Shown here one piece after another: positions 26,425-39,506 of a stretch of DNA of 64,000 bases. Position numbers and translations under genes: made by a program. Position 1 is the first letter of the stretch. Each line of letters opens with the position of its first letter. The stretch spans positions 73,780,001-73,844,000 of the forward strand of contig OX597826.1 of the NCBI GenBank assembly GCA_951406725.2. Direction: 5' to 3'. Origin of the DNA: Octopus vulgaris. Lineage: Eukaryota. The notes below the pieces were generated by a model. That model saw nothing but the letters and a program-made list of their open reading frames with translations, made no database searches and was not told the origin of the DNA.

Positions 26425-26759
26425 ATACTGTATTTTCTGGCATACAAGTTGCTGTAGTATATAGTGTAAACGTTCAAATCTTGCTGCTTTTACATGGAAT
26501 TTTGTGTTCTCCGGAGTTGTTTTAGTGTATTTGTTGATCTATCTTTTTGGTTGTAAATTTTAGCCTAAAAAATTTTACTTGTATACTGGAAGATACAGTA
26601 TACATACATATGCATGCATGTGCACGTATGTGTGTATCTAAATATGACTAATAACAGAATTAAAGGTTTGAATTGTAGGGACTATAGTCAATTTACGTCA
26701 GGCCAACACCCCTGTCTAGAAAAAGCAAAGCTTAGTTACAAAAAACATCTCTGGCAATT

Positions 26760-26935
26760 CAAAATCAAGACTTGGGAGAGGAAGGAAACATACAACACAT
26801 CAGGTCTTGACCTGGAAACCACAAGGGAGATAGATGGAAGAGTGGATATCCTTAAAATAGCTGCAGGTGGTATGCTGAAGCAGAGCTTAAGAATTAGGGA
26901 TGTAAATGGAGAGACACAGAAAGGGCAGTCCAGTG
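26760..26935 (+). mobile_element. Degenerate RTE LINE 3' fragment
   Basis: Frameshifted ..HQVLTWKPQG....AEAELK..CKWRDTERAVQ, similar to the ORF at 51322-51741. Confidence 0.45.
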
Positions 26936-27950
26936 TTGAAAACAGTGGAGAAAGATTATCAATGGCATGGAATTCAACAAGAATGAATGCTGGCATGGGT
27001 TGGATGGCTTGGCAGGAACTGGCAAAGACCAGGGACTGCACCAGGTTCCACAGTCTGTTTTGACTTGGTTTCTATGGTTGGATGCCCTTCCTAATGTCAA
27101 CCACTTTACAAAGTATATACTGGGTGCTTTTTACATGGCACCAGCACTCACATACCTACCTCTCTATCAATTAATCAATATGGAGCAAATAATTCATGAG
27201 AAAAATAATTCATGAAAAAATAATTTGTGACGATACCATTGACTCTGTTATCATTTAGTTTAACAATTTAAAAATGATAACAAAATCAATAATATAAGCG
27301 ATTTCAGGCCCCCCAAAATGCATTAAATAGCTTAAGGATTTGAATCCTTCAACTATATATATATGACAGACTTCTTTTAGTTTCTGCCTATCAAATCCAC
27401 TCACAAGGCTTTCGTCAGCCCAAAGCTATCATAGAAGACATTTGCCCAAGGAGGGACCGAATGTGGGACCGTGTGGTTGGGTAACTTCTTACCACACAGC
27501 CATGCCTGCATCTTAGCCATTGTCAGCTTACTAGTTGTGTGTAACAGACAATGGCAACAGCATTTGAGAAATAAGGTGACCACAGGTTTTATCTCGTTTC
27601 AATTTGATGTCGAAAATAATTGACGCTGTTTTATGCTTGTTTGCTTATATTTGTGTCTATCTGTAAGTAGCTCATTAACGCAAGAGTTTTTAGCAATGGA
27701 GATTTTTTTCCCCCTTGACAAAATGTTAATAAATCTATTCAACTCTATCTTATATATATATAATAGCTTGATTCAACCTTGATAATTAAGTGTTGACTTG
27801 TCTTAACGGAGTTAATTGACACTGATCTCAGTAATCAACTTGCTAATCAAATATTGATTCATCAAGATTCTCAAGAGTGAAGACTTACGATTGATATGCA
27901 ATTAAGTTCGAAACGAAGAGGGAAAAAAGAATAGTCTGTATGTGTGTGCC

Positions 27951-27995
<45 letters not shown>

Positions 27996-27999
<4 letters not shown>

Positions 28000-28131
28000 C
28001 ACTAAGCACGTAAATGTGAAACATGGTGGAAAAAAGAGTACTCAAATACCAAAGGTAGAGTAATATGATTTATTTAAAAGCAGCAGAAATATAACAAAAG
28101 CTGTTACTCGGAGTTTCACGTTCCAGTTCGT

Positions 28132-28135
<4 letters not shown>
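27996..28135 (-). mobile_element. Penelope-like terminal fragment with 5'-truncated minimal hammerhead
   Basis: Minus strand (g)TGACGA-actggaacgt-GAAA-ctccgag-TA-acagc; truncated at the core and embedded in (TA)n on both sides. Confidence 0.55.
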
Positions 28136-28173
<38 letters not shown>

Positions 28174-28557
28174 TATAGACAAAAAAAAAAAAGGCTTTCC
28201 AGAGAAATAATTGTTTCACTCATCAGAAATATGTTGCCTCAAATATTTTTTTTCTTTTCACAGAATTTCCCACCACATTCATACTGTGCGTGTGCGTGTG
28301 TGTATGTGTCAGTATTAAAAGGTATGGGTGATGGTTACAATATAAGAAGTGACAGCGTATAGAGAATTGGTATTTAAGATAGAATAAACAATAGCATGTA
28401 GGTGATTGACTAATATTTAGCACTAAAGTATTATTATACGGATGTGTGTGTGTGTGTGTGTACATACATACACACTGGAGCAAAGACAGTGGTCCACTGA
28501 TCTGTGGATTCCTTTAATCCATGTCAGCATGGAAAGTAGATTTGAAATGAATATCAT

Positions 28558-28857
28558 GGTACTACTAGCGAACAGTGGTCCCGGTGCGCGCACTCGCGTA
28601 TCCGAGCTAGCTAGTCGTAAGTAGTCGATCCTAAAACGACCACCTAGCAAAGTAAATAAAACGCAAAATAAATAATTTTTTTTGCACAGAGTAAATAATT
28701 TTTGTTAAACAAAGTAAATAAAACACAAAAAAAAATTTTTTTAAACAAAGTAAATAACACAAAAACAAAGTAAGGATCGACTAGTCATGACTAGCTATAG
28801 CGCGGATGCGCGACTACGCGAGCGCGCGCACTGGGACCACTGTTCGCTAGCAGTACC
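28558..28857. mobile_element. 300-bp MITE with long CpG-rich TIRs and 9-bp TSD (Merlin-like)
   Basis: TIR GGTACT(A/G)CTAGCGAACAGTGGTCCC(G/A)GTGCGCGC(A/G)CTCGCGTA, 43 bp with 3 mismatches, extending imperfectly to about 75-85 bp. TSD GAATATCAT at 28549-28557 and 28858-28866. Confidence 0.92.
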
Positions 28858-29199
28858 GAATATCATTATATATATATAAACGTCACCCATACGCACAAGC
28901 TTGATAATTTTCTATTTCTTACTACCAATATTATGCAATTATAAGCTTTTATTCATTCTCCTACATAAAATTACCGATATATATATAAAGAGAGCATACC
29001 ATCACCTTTCCCTTTTGTACTGCCACTTATAATACCCTATTATACTTTAGATTAGCTGTGTCAGCAATTCCTTTGTTTATTGTTACAATTATTTCAATGA
29101 CAGCTAATTAACTAAACGTATACAGTACAGTTAAATATATTATTTATCATTAAGCTGAATAAAGCTGCAATAAAACCTATCTGGTTTTTGAGCTTTATG

Positions 29200-29440
29200 G
29201 ACTGACAAGGGCTTTTGTTATCTGCCCCTGACAAACCGGTAGTCTCGCCTGCTAGCTGCTAGATGTCACACGTGTATAAAGAGGTGTTGTCGCTTACTTG
29301 GAAATCGAGTCATGACAGCGGAAGGTCGGGGGGAGGGGGGAAACTCTGGGGCTTTTTCCCGACTTTGTGGAATAAGGCGTTCCAGGACAACCGCTTTTCC
29401 GAAGTGCGCTATGACCGCACTAGTAACAAGGTGCGCGCGC
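29200..29440 (+). promoter_or_regulatory. Candidate promoter/enhancer (CpG-retaining island)
   Basis: CACGTG at 29269-29274 abuts TATAAAGA at 29275-29282; G-rich kB-like motifs near 29335-29360; possible donor AAG|GTGCGC at 29431. Confidence 0.35.
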
Positions 29441-29926
29441 GTGTGCGTGCGTGTGTATGCGAAATAGAGAGAGAAAGCATTGAAGTGTTGTTGTTAGAAT
29501 TATGACAATTCTTCTTACTTCGCTGCAGTGCTTCGTCAAAAAAAACAAACTAACCATTTCTTTAGAATTAGTTTCCTTTTATGAAAGAATTATTAATGTT
29601 GACATTAGGCCCGAAATAAACGTTGTATTGGGTCAGTGTAGTTTTAGCCAAAGGAAGTGTAAAGTTTCTGTTAAGAAGCAGACCAAAGTGAGCAAAATTC
29701 TTATTGCCTCGATATATTCAACATCATCATCGCCACCACCGCATTATCATTCAATATTTCGCGGTCTCTCTTATCTCTTTTATTAACTTCTTGCAATCCA
29801 GGTAGATAATACATCTGGCCTCATAAATTTCCCCTTCGCTTCTAATTATTTGATAGTCTTGCCATTTTATTATTACGGTTTTACCATATTTTCTTCGCTT
29901 TAAACTATTCCCACTTCTCTCCAACT

Positions 29927-30322
29927 CTGATCTCTCTTACGTCTCCCTCCCTCTCTCACTGATCTCTCTTACATCTCCCTCCCTCTCTCACTCATCTCTC
30001 TTACATCTTCCTCCCTCTGTCACTGATCTCTCTTACATCTCCCTCCCTCTCTCACTCATCTCTCTTACATCTCCCTCCCTCTCTCACTGTTCTCTCTTAC
30101 ATCTCCCTCCCTCTCTTACTCATCTCTCTTACATTTCCCTCCCTCTCTCACTGATCTCTCTTACATTTCCCTCCCTCTCTCACTGATCTCTCTTACATTT
30201 CCCTCCCTTTCTCACCGATCTCTCTTACATCTCCCGCTCTCTCTCACTGAACTCTGTTACATCTCCCTCCCTCTCTCACTCATCTCTCTTACATCTCCCT
30301 CCCTCTCTCACTGATCTCTCTT
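29927..30322. repeat. 32-bp polypyrimidine minisatellite, ~12.4 copies
   Basis: Unit ct(g/c)atctctcttacatctccctccctctctca starts at 29927, 29959 and so on to 30311. Confidence 0.95.
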
Positions 30323-31722
30323 CTCTCCTTCTATAGTTCTATCACCTCCTCCTCCCACATCTCTCACTAACTCTTTAATTGTTACTTTTCGACTTCCACG
30401 AATTCCTTCTTCCTCTCTTTTACTCAGCGGCTTTCATTTGTCCGTTCCATCTCCCACATCTCCCAGTGTCTTTCCTTCTCACTCCGATTTATCTTCCTCT
30501 CCTCTCACTTTCCTGATCTCTCACTCTTTATATCTCCCACCTTCCGTTTCTCATCTTTGCTATTCCTCCCCACCACAACTGTATTTAACTACTCAGATAT
30601 TTGCTTTCCTCTGTTAATATTCAATCCACCTTCCTCCATCGCAATATTTTACTTTCAATAAACGATGCCTGCTATTGCAAATTTCTTCACAATAATTCCT
30701 CTCTTTTCCTTCGTTTCCACTTCTCTACGGCGCTTTTACTCTATCTACCTGTCTACTTTATCCGCACTACTCCTTTCTATCAATAATTCCTTACGTAAGC
30801 ACGCACACTCAGATTTATAATGCAAGGAGAGAATAAGAGATTATGTGTGGTTTATCTCTTCCTAAATAAAGCTCGCGTACTCAGTTTCATGAGGATATGG
30901 GATTAAGTGTGGTTTATCCCTTTCTAAAGGGATATCTCCATTTGGGAATTTTTACTTGTCATGGAATCAGCTCGCATATCTGGAGGTTTCTACGCCATTC
31001 TCACATGTTAATAATAATAATAATCGAATTACTCAAAACGATGAATTTTCGTTTAAAATTGCTGTGTCCATCAAACCAGCACTCGATTAATTTTAATTAA
31101 AGTAAGAGTACACGGGAAAACAGGATAAAGACCATCATCGATTAATTAAAGTTCTGATATTATTCAGAGAGCCATTAGTCACTATGTTGTGTAAAAATTA
31201 TCTAACCACGTTGTTATTTTTTTTACAATTATGGATTAATTATGTTAGAAAATTACGGCATTTCCTTCCTTTACAAGAAATTGCCTTCAATTTTGGTTAA
31301 GTTTTGTTTTAGCTTTAATAAGAGAAAGAAAAGCGAGGGAAGAAGAAAAAATGCTTTGCTAACAAACAAATCGTATTGTAATTGTCCATGTTTTAGAGCA
31401 ATAAAAAAGAAAATCGATGCCATATAATAATATATTTGACTATTTATGGCTCTTGTTTGGAAGAAGAAGAAGGAAAAGATCCAAAAAGAATTGTCAAGGA
31501 AAATGGAAAAGAGAGTCATCAGTTTAACTAGCGGCCTAATAATGAAGGAGTCTGATTTGGTAAAATATCTCAGATTTAGAGAAAAAGGTAAATGCTTCAA
31601 GTGCGGGAACGAAACTTGCTCAGGGGGTGCAAACCAGGTGCCAAAATGTTTTACAAACCAGATTGATTCTTTCAATCTTAATATCAAAACAAACGCAGGT
31701 ATAATAATAATAATAATAATAA

Positions 31723-31760
<38 letters not shown>

Positions 31761-33443
31761 ACTATTATCGTGTTTGTACATCAATCAAATCAGTACAAAA
31801 TTTTTGTATGTTCGTTCGTTTTAGCGACAAAGTTTTTCAGGAGGATGCTCAAAGTGCTTTCAGTTGCCCTACCAAAAATTTGCACCTGCTGTTCCCAAGC
31901 TTATGTGTAAATAACATTTTAAGGAATTTCTCAAGGATAGCTATGTAATGGAAGATACAATTAAGCAACAAAAGACGATCAAACTGGTAATCAATAGAAA
32001 ATATAATTAAGGAATGAAAATGGTGACTAGATTCACATAAGGGTTTACCTGTAATTTCATGGTATTCCCTCTCAGAGAGTAATAACTTTACACAACACTC
32101 GAAAAGTTTTGGAGTAGATATCAAATAACCTCAGAACTAGGAAGCTGCCTTGCACCTCTTCCTATGTTCATACTTGTTTTACCTGTATATAACCCATGTC
32201 TCTTATACCTCTACCTATGTCCACCTTACCTATGCACAGCCATCTCTCCACATCTCCAACAACTATGTCTTTCCATCACCCCTATCTCTTCTATACCCAT
32301 CTAAGTTCCAACAGCTACACATGCCTACCTGTCTTCCATTTCTGCTCACCTATCTCTCACCCCCACACCTGCACTCACCTAATTACTCACTTCAACCTTG
32401 TGTCCCACTCATCTCTCTACATCTACCTATGCTAACCATCTCTCCTTCCTCCAATAATCTCTTTCGCATTCCCCACCCACCCAATTCCAGATCCACACAA
32501 ACATTATGTTTCATCTTGTTTACCCTACACAGAACCTCAACCTTCTGGAACTTCCGTATCTAATTGCTATGCGGAAAAGTTACCAGCCATATAGCTCCCA
32601 CTTGGCAAGGAAAAACAAAAGGCCATATACCAAGACCTTCTAACTTTATTTTCAGTTTATCTCTTTGCGGTTCTTATGTGGTGTGGGTGAAAAAAAAAAA
32701 ATGTAATTCACCTACCTTGTGGGTCCTCATCTAACATTGATTCTTTCCAGCTGGGATATATCTGTGGGAGCCTCACCCATCTAACCTCTGGCCAGTACCT
32801 AATGGCAAATTCTCTCAACTCATGCAGCCACCACATCTGTCCTGAGTGACAGCCCCTCAGCAAAAGAGGCCCATGCTAGTCATCCTTCACCTTGAATGGC
32901 CTCCCTTGCTCTTTTCCTTCTGGCAAGGCCCCTCAGCTGTTCATGTAACACCAATGACCCTATACTTCCACACACACATACCATTCCCAAGGCTTTGGTT
33001 AGCCTGGGACCAAAGTAGAAGACACTTTCCCAAGGTGCCATGCAGTAGAACTCAACTTGAAATCATGTGGCCTGGCACAAGCTTCTTACCACACAACTAT
33101 AATGTTTTCAGGAAAATAAGTGTCTCTGGACATATCTGATATCTGATCAGTATATCATTGTGTTTCCTGGGGCAATACAATGGGGGATATTTGACTTTTA
33201 AATGTTTATATTCTGTCACTGAGGTGATTCCAATTGAAAGTCACAGAATTGTTTGCTATATTTATGTCCAGTCCAGTCGATTAATCTTGGCCTCAGGTGT
33301 GTAAATCGTAAGCAAACTTGAAGACAGAATGATATGATAAGGCGTGACTGTTTGTACACAGATGATTTGGCACAGCCGACTGGATATTCAACCTGTTTTG
33401 GCAACAGTACATTTTAGCACTGGAGGCAAACACACATATACAT

Positions 33444-33607
33444 AGGCGTAGGAGTGGCTGTGTGGTAAGTAGCGTGCTTACCAACCACATGGTTCCGGGT
33501 TCAGTCCCACTTCATGGCACCTTGGGCAAGTGTCTTCTATTATAGCCTCATGCCAACCATAGCCTTGTGAATGGATTTGGTAGACAGAAACTGAAAGAAG
33601 CCCGTCG

Positions 33608-33644
<37 letters not shown>

Positions 33645-33859
33645 GTGTGTATATGTTTGTGTGTCTGTGTTTGTCCCCCCAACATTGCTTGACAACTGAT
33701 GCTGGTGTGTTTACGTCCCCCGTAACTTAGTGGTTCGGCAAAAGAGACCAATAGAATAAGTACTAGGCTTACAATGAATAATGCCTGGGGTCGATTTGCT
33801 CAACTAAAGGCGGTGCTCCAGCATGGCAACAGTCAAATGACTGAAACAAGTAAAAGAGT
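33444..33859 (+). mobile_element. SINE family A, full length
   Basis: Colinear with 26030-26424. Confidence 0.92.
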
Positions 33860-34164
33860 ATACAGGTAGAGAGAGAGAGAAAGATTACAATTTATTGATT
33901 GAACATGATTGACATAAACACTTTCCCTCTCCTCAGACGCATAAAGCAAAATATGCTCACACACATAAACAAATGACACTGGTTCATGTGGTCCTTGCAG
34001 AACTCAAATTCCAATTGATCCACAAACACTTTGTACCATTGTTGCTCTGTAAGGAAGTGAGTGGACAGAATTGTAAGTGTGCTGAGCGAAATGCTTAACA
34101 GCATTTCATCTGTCTTCATGTTCTGAAAGATTTGCTTTTTTGATTGAGTTGACTTAGCTACATA

Positions 34165-34380
34165 TTATCATCATCGTTTAATGTCCGCTTTCCATGCTAG
34201 CATGGGTTGGACGATTTTGACTGAGGTGAACCAGATGGCTGCACCAGGCTCCAATCTTGATCTGGCAGAGTTTCTACAGCTGGATGCCCTTCCTAATGCC
34301 AACCACTCCGAGAGTGTAGTGGGTGCTTTTTATGTGCCACCAGCATGGGGGTCAGTCAGGAGGTACTGGCAATGAGCTCG
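34165..34380 (-). mobile_element. SINE family C
   Basis: Near match to the reverse complement of 63497-63711. Confidence 0.88.
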
Positions 34381-34437
34381 CAAAGGTGTACACTACAATG
34401 TTTTGAACTTTTTCAAAAATAAAATTCTTTGATGTAT

Positions 34438-34680
34438 CTTGCGCCCTTTAAAAGCCTAGCCAGGCTCATGGGCCCAGTTTCCATGGCATACGTGTTCCCT
34501 AGCTAGACGGGATACCAGTCAATTGCAGCGTTACTTATTTTTGCCAGCTGAGTGGACTGGAGCAACGTGAAATGAAGTGTTTTGCTCAAGAACACAACGC
34601 GTCGCCCCTTCCAGGAATCGAAACCACAATCTTACGATCATGAATGCTGATACCCTAACCACTAAGCCACGTGCTTCCAC
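34438..34680 (-). mobile_element. tRNA-derived SINE (family D-related head, different tail)
   Basis: Minus strand ggaagcacgTGGCTTAGTGGttaggg...GGTTTCGATTCCtgg...gtgttcttgagcaaaacac; 12-bp TSD TCTTTGATGTAT at 34426-34437 and 34681-34692. Confidence 0.9.
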
Positions 34681-35769
34681 TCTTTGATGTATATTCTAAG
34701 TTATTTCTAATTACATGTTGTACTCCTAATCTTTATAAAGCTGTTACAGTTCTCTCACACTTACTGGTTATTGCTGATATCAAGCAGATTACTGATGTCT
34801 TTCCTCAAAACCAAGCTTATATTCCAAAAACAAACAAAAACAAAAAAAATCAAGACCAGATACAACTTCTTTCCCTTGATACAATCACTTCTTTGTACTT
34901 TGTTGCTTCAAATGTCAGCTTCCAGCCATTGATAGGCCCATGCTCTTATCCTGGCAAGGTCTCAGCTCTTCAAGCTGACTATTACAAGATCATTCATGCC
35001 TGGTTATTATATCTGTGCAAATATCACGGATCCATCAGAGTGTAGTTCCATTTGCGTTGAGGAGAGAGAGAGGAGGAGGAGGAGGGAGGGAGGGAGGGGA
35101 AGGAAGACAGACAGAGAGAGAGAGAAAGGAGAGGGAGTGAGAAGCCATATTTGTTTTGTTTCTGATTATCTTAGAAAAGAAACTAGATGAGGTGGTTACT
35201 ACCTCTGTTGTAAATAAGATTATGAAAGGAAAAGATCAAAGATCAAGATGTTAGGTGAACTGTTACTGTCTGTATTTGGTATAGGTTGAGGAAGGGGTTC
35301 AAACTGAGCGTCTTTATAGCTAAATTGATAGGCTGTCAGTCTAAACAGATGAGGAGAAGTCAAGGGATAATATCTTCTAATGGGAAAATTCTCATCTTTG
35401 GATGTATGATGGTAGGGAAAAGGACATTCCTTGGAATAATCCAATCAATATATAAACTGGTAAGCACAGACACCATTATACACAAAAGCTAAGGTACAAA
35501 ACTAAGCCCATCATGATGTTAACTGGGCATCATCATCATCATCATCATCTTCATCACTTAACGTCTAGATTTGATGGTTTGACAGGAACTGGCAATGTCA
35601 GGAGCCACACGAGGTTCCGTAGTTTATTTCTACAGCTGGATGCCCTTCCTAATGCCGACCACTTTACAGAGTATACTGGGTGACACCATCATTATCACCA
35701 GTGCTTTTTACATGGTACCAACACCAGAGCTTTTCCTGTGGCACCGGCACCAGTGCTAGGGACTCTCGT

Positions 35770-36660
35770 CAGCGATCTACCAAAGTTTTCCTCTTGGAGC
35801 TCTTGCTATTATAGATTTCAGTCCCTTCCACCGTGACATTAGAGCTTCCCAATGTAGGCAACAAAACTGACACCAAGAGCTTTGTTGAGTCAGATGTTGT
35901 AACTCTGGGCCAGATGTTTCTCCCATCCTCAGAGCTTGTTGTTGTTGTACCACTTATCCTCACTTTTGAGCCAGATGCTATTGGCTTGCCTTCTCAGTGG
36001 CTTCCAACAATTTTCTGGCAACATCTTTTGTCAAACTTCTTTTTCAAATGAAGGCATATGGCTTAGTGGTTAAGGTATACAGCTCATGATTGTAAGGTTG
36101 TGAGTTCAATTCCTGGTAATGCTTTGTGTCCTTGAGCAAGACACTCTATTTCTCATTGATCCAGTCCACCCAGCTGACATAAACGAAGTGTACCTGTATT
36201 TTAAAGGGCCAATCTTGTTATATTATGTGTCATGCTAAATCTCCCTGAGAACTTTATTAAGGGTACACATTTCTGTGGAGTGCTCAGCCACTTGTATGAT
36301 AATTTCATGAGCAGGCTGATTTATTGATCGGATCAATTGGAACCCTTGTCACCATAACTGACAGAGTCTCAGTATTTTCAAGCTGCTGATAATCATTCCT
36401 TGCTCCACTCTTTTCTTCTCTTTGCCAAGTTTGTCTTTTAGCATTTACAGTCCTAACCAATTTGTTATTTCACCACCTTATCCCCCACCTCATAGCTGGT
36501 ACCTTGCTCAATCTGCAAATCTGGTCTATGGCTTGCAGCAGGTTGTCTCTCAGCAAGGCCCAGTTATACAGCAAATCATAGTTCTGTCTCCTTTTACTTC
36601 TCATTATATACAGTAATTTTCATGCAGTCTTTTGGCTTCCATCTTTCCTTTTCCGGTTTG
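35770..36660 (-). mobile_element. Degenerate RTE-like LINE internal fragment interrupted by a SINE
   Basis: Minus strand NWALLRDNLLQAIDQICRLSKVP.....W*NN resembles the RTE endonuclease-RT linker (W..L...L..A....CG......WWN). Confidence 0.5.
36050..36372 (+). mobile_element. tRNA-derived SINE (family D)
   Basis: TGGCTTAGTGG and GAGTTCAATTCC boxes; the 3' half (tgtacctgtatt...aagggtacac...ctgtggagtgctcagccactt...gagcaggctg) matches 9091-9280. Confidence 0.88.
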
Positions 36661-37285
36661 TCCTCTGTCTCTCTCTCTCTCTAGGTATGTCTACGAAGAA
36701 AAGCAATCAGTGTAAGCTCAGAAGCATTAGCATGTTTCAACATCATTTATTATTTTAGTCATATTATTTTATCAGAAGTCACAGTGCAATGATATGATTC
36801 ATGTGTCTCATAAGTGATATGAATCAGTCCATTCATGATTGCCCACATAATTATCAAAGGTTTCATTCATGAACCAGCAGATCTATGATCAAGTGATCAA
36901 AGGCATTCCAGCCATGACCAATCCTCTTTTTTTTTTAAGTATTGTGTAGCTAAGACTATATTATTAGATGTGTTATAAAATGTATCCTTTTTAAAAAAAA
37001 AAACAGTATGACTCATAAAAGTTTTTCTGACATTTCTAGCAGGTCAAGCATCCACAGAATTTCCTTTACTGGATTGTATATCTAGTGTATGTATGTGCTT
37101 GACTGAGTGCATGCATACTTGTGTGTGTGTGTGTGAGAGAGAGAGACAGAGAGAGGGAGAGACAAAGAGAAAGTACACTTAGTGTTTGATATTGAGAATA
37201 ACAAATGGCTAATATATTTTTATTTATGGAGATGTACTTGCATAGCAAGTGACTTGATCTGAGATCGTGTGCTAGAACGAAAACA

Positions 37286-37462
37286 ATTGCAGCATGGAAG
37301 GTATTTATAAGCCATTTAAAAAAAACCGTTAGATTCACTTCAACATTTAAATTTAATTTGTCAAAATATTTTAATTTTGACAAATTAAATTTAAATGTTG
37401 AAGCGAATCTAATGGTTTTTGTGTGTTTCTTAAATGGCTTATAAACACCTTCCACGCTGCAA
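37286..37462. repeat. Long imperfect inverted repeat (~80-90-bp arms, very short spacer)
   Basis: ttgcagcatggaaggtatttataagccatttaa...caacatttaaatttaatttgtcaaaat pairs with attttgacaaattaaatttaaatgttg...ttaaatggcttataaacaccttccacgctgcaa. Confidence 0.92.
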
Positions 37463-39506
37463 TATATTTCTAGTTGTTGGTTAATCCCAGGACAGTCTTA
37501 TGATCAAAAATATCCTTGTCTCACCTTTTTCTTTTCCAAGATATAGCATACATATAAAGGCTACCATTATTCTGTGTCTTATTCCTTTGAGAAGAGAAAA
37601 GCCTATGACTTAAAGAAAGAAAATTTGACTGTTATTTACAGCAAGTCAAATTACCATCGAAAAATCTCTCTTGTACATTATTCTCACTTTTGAAACCATT
37701 TGTTTTTGTTTTGTTGTAAGTACATTAATAAAATTAATGAGTCAAAACAAACAACTTTTCCACAGTATAAAGTCACTTAAATTCACTGCCAATCTGGAGC
37801 TCAACGTATATACAACTAAAATGTAATTCAATGGTAGCCTTGATGCTGCAAAATAAAACATTTACATGGTTATAGAGAAAATATTGGCAGACATCATCCA
37901 AAAAATAATAAACTGGGATAAACATGTTTACACAGCCATCATTATATTGTATTACATTGAAAATTGCTATGTTGCATTATATGTTATTATGTATTATATT
38001 GTATGTTGTGTTTTTGCTACTATTTTTGTTATTGTCCATTTTTTTATTATTTTATTATTTACTTAAATCAATAATTCCCATTTTTTTCATGATACCACTG
38101 TATTTTATGTAGCATGGTGTATTATCTTTTGTATGATACATTTATGTTTTGTATAACGGATCTTCTGTTGAATATGTTTACATGTGGCTGCTTATGTAAT
38201 TGAATGTGTGTTTGTGTGTTTGCGTGTAAATGTAGGTCTGTTTATATAAATCCGTGTGTGTGTATATTTATATATAAATCAAATGCAATTAATTTTATAG
38301 CTTTTTATAAACCCACCCCTCCCACTATTGGTCTTCCACCAGTGATGCAAGTTCCATTGATATTCTGAAATTCTCACTCACTTCTCAGTAGCTAAGATGT
38401 ATTAAAAGATAAATATGGATTTCTTAAAATAGATCCAGACTCATGTGTGTTTCACAAAAGAGAGAAAGAAAAAAATCTCAACAACAAAATGATGAGCAGA
38501 GGATGATGATGATGGTGGTGTTGATGATGATGATGATATAATATGGTTTGGCATCAGTTTTAAATGTTTACTATGAGAACAAGTGCTGGTTTTACCTTCA
38601 TCTTGACCTTGTTAGATTCTATTGATTTTTTTTTTTTGCCATTTCTTATGCCCTGCACTCTGATTAACTAAATAAAATGATTTGATAGGATAATTGAGGG
38701 CAAAAGAATAATACAGGAAGAATGCTACAATAGTTTAGCCATTAGCATTTAAACCAGCCATATCCATCCCAAATCCACCTGTTTTATGTTCAAACCAGCC
38801 AGATCAGGTCTCTCACACCTACCCTACAATGTTACTCTCACATGATCAAATTTTTGAATTAATGAGATAATGCATAATTAATTCAGGATTAAAGAGTGAC
38901 AAATTGGCAGAGGTATTACAGTGTAACGTCAAATACCTTGTGGTATTCATTCCAGTCCTCCCTTCTTCAAGTGTAAATTCTGATGAGATTAATTTTGCCT
39001 TTTATCCTTTTTTGGGGATTGGTAAAGTAAAGTATGAGTCCAGTAGTGGAGGGTGGGTGGATTAATGGAATTGCTGGTCTTTTGTATAATCTGATCTTCT
39101 GGTCTTTTGTATAATCTTACCCCACAGGCAACTGACATCTTTGACTGAACACACAAGGTACCATAACCATCCTAGAGGGTTGCAGTGCAAGGATCTCTCC
39201 TGCTGCTCTCACATTCTCAAAACAGTAAGGGTTGCATCACAAAGACTGATCTTTATCTTCAGGATCAGAAAATTCTTCAACTCAAAACAGTTGTTGATTC
39301 TTTCCAAAATAAACCAACGACTTTAGTATCACCCACTAACACATTCTAGTCACTAGCCTCAGACTTTCTCCATTTTTACCGCTATAACAGTAACTTCTTG
39401 GAGCTGGCTAGTTTATCCATGTTAATTCCACCCAGGACCATCAAGCTCATTCATTTCTCCCACCCTCATCACCTATAGTTTTCAAACATTATCCCAAAAT
39501 CAAATT

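Noticed and set aside
28200-28232. Minus-strand CTGATGAgtGAAAC minimal motif (similar case at 62984-63010, +)
   Set aside because: No helix I complement after the putative cleavage site.
29927-30322. CRISPR-like 32-bp periodic array
   Set aside because: The units are contiguous with no unique spacers and the context is eukaryotic, so it is a minisatellite.
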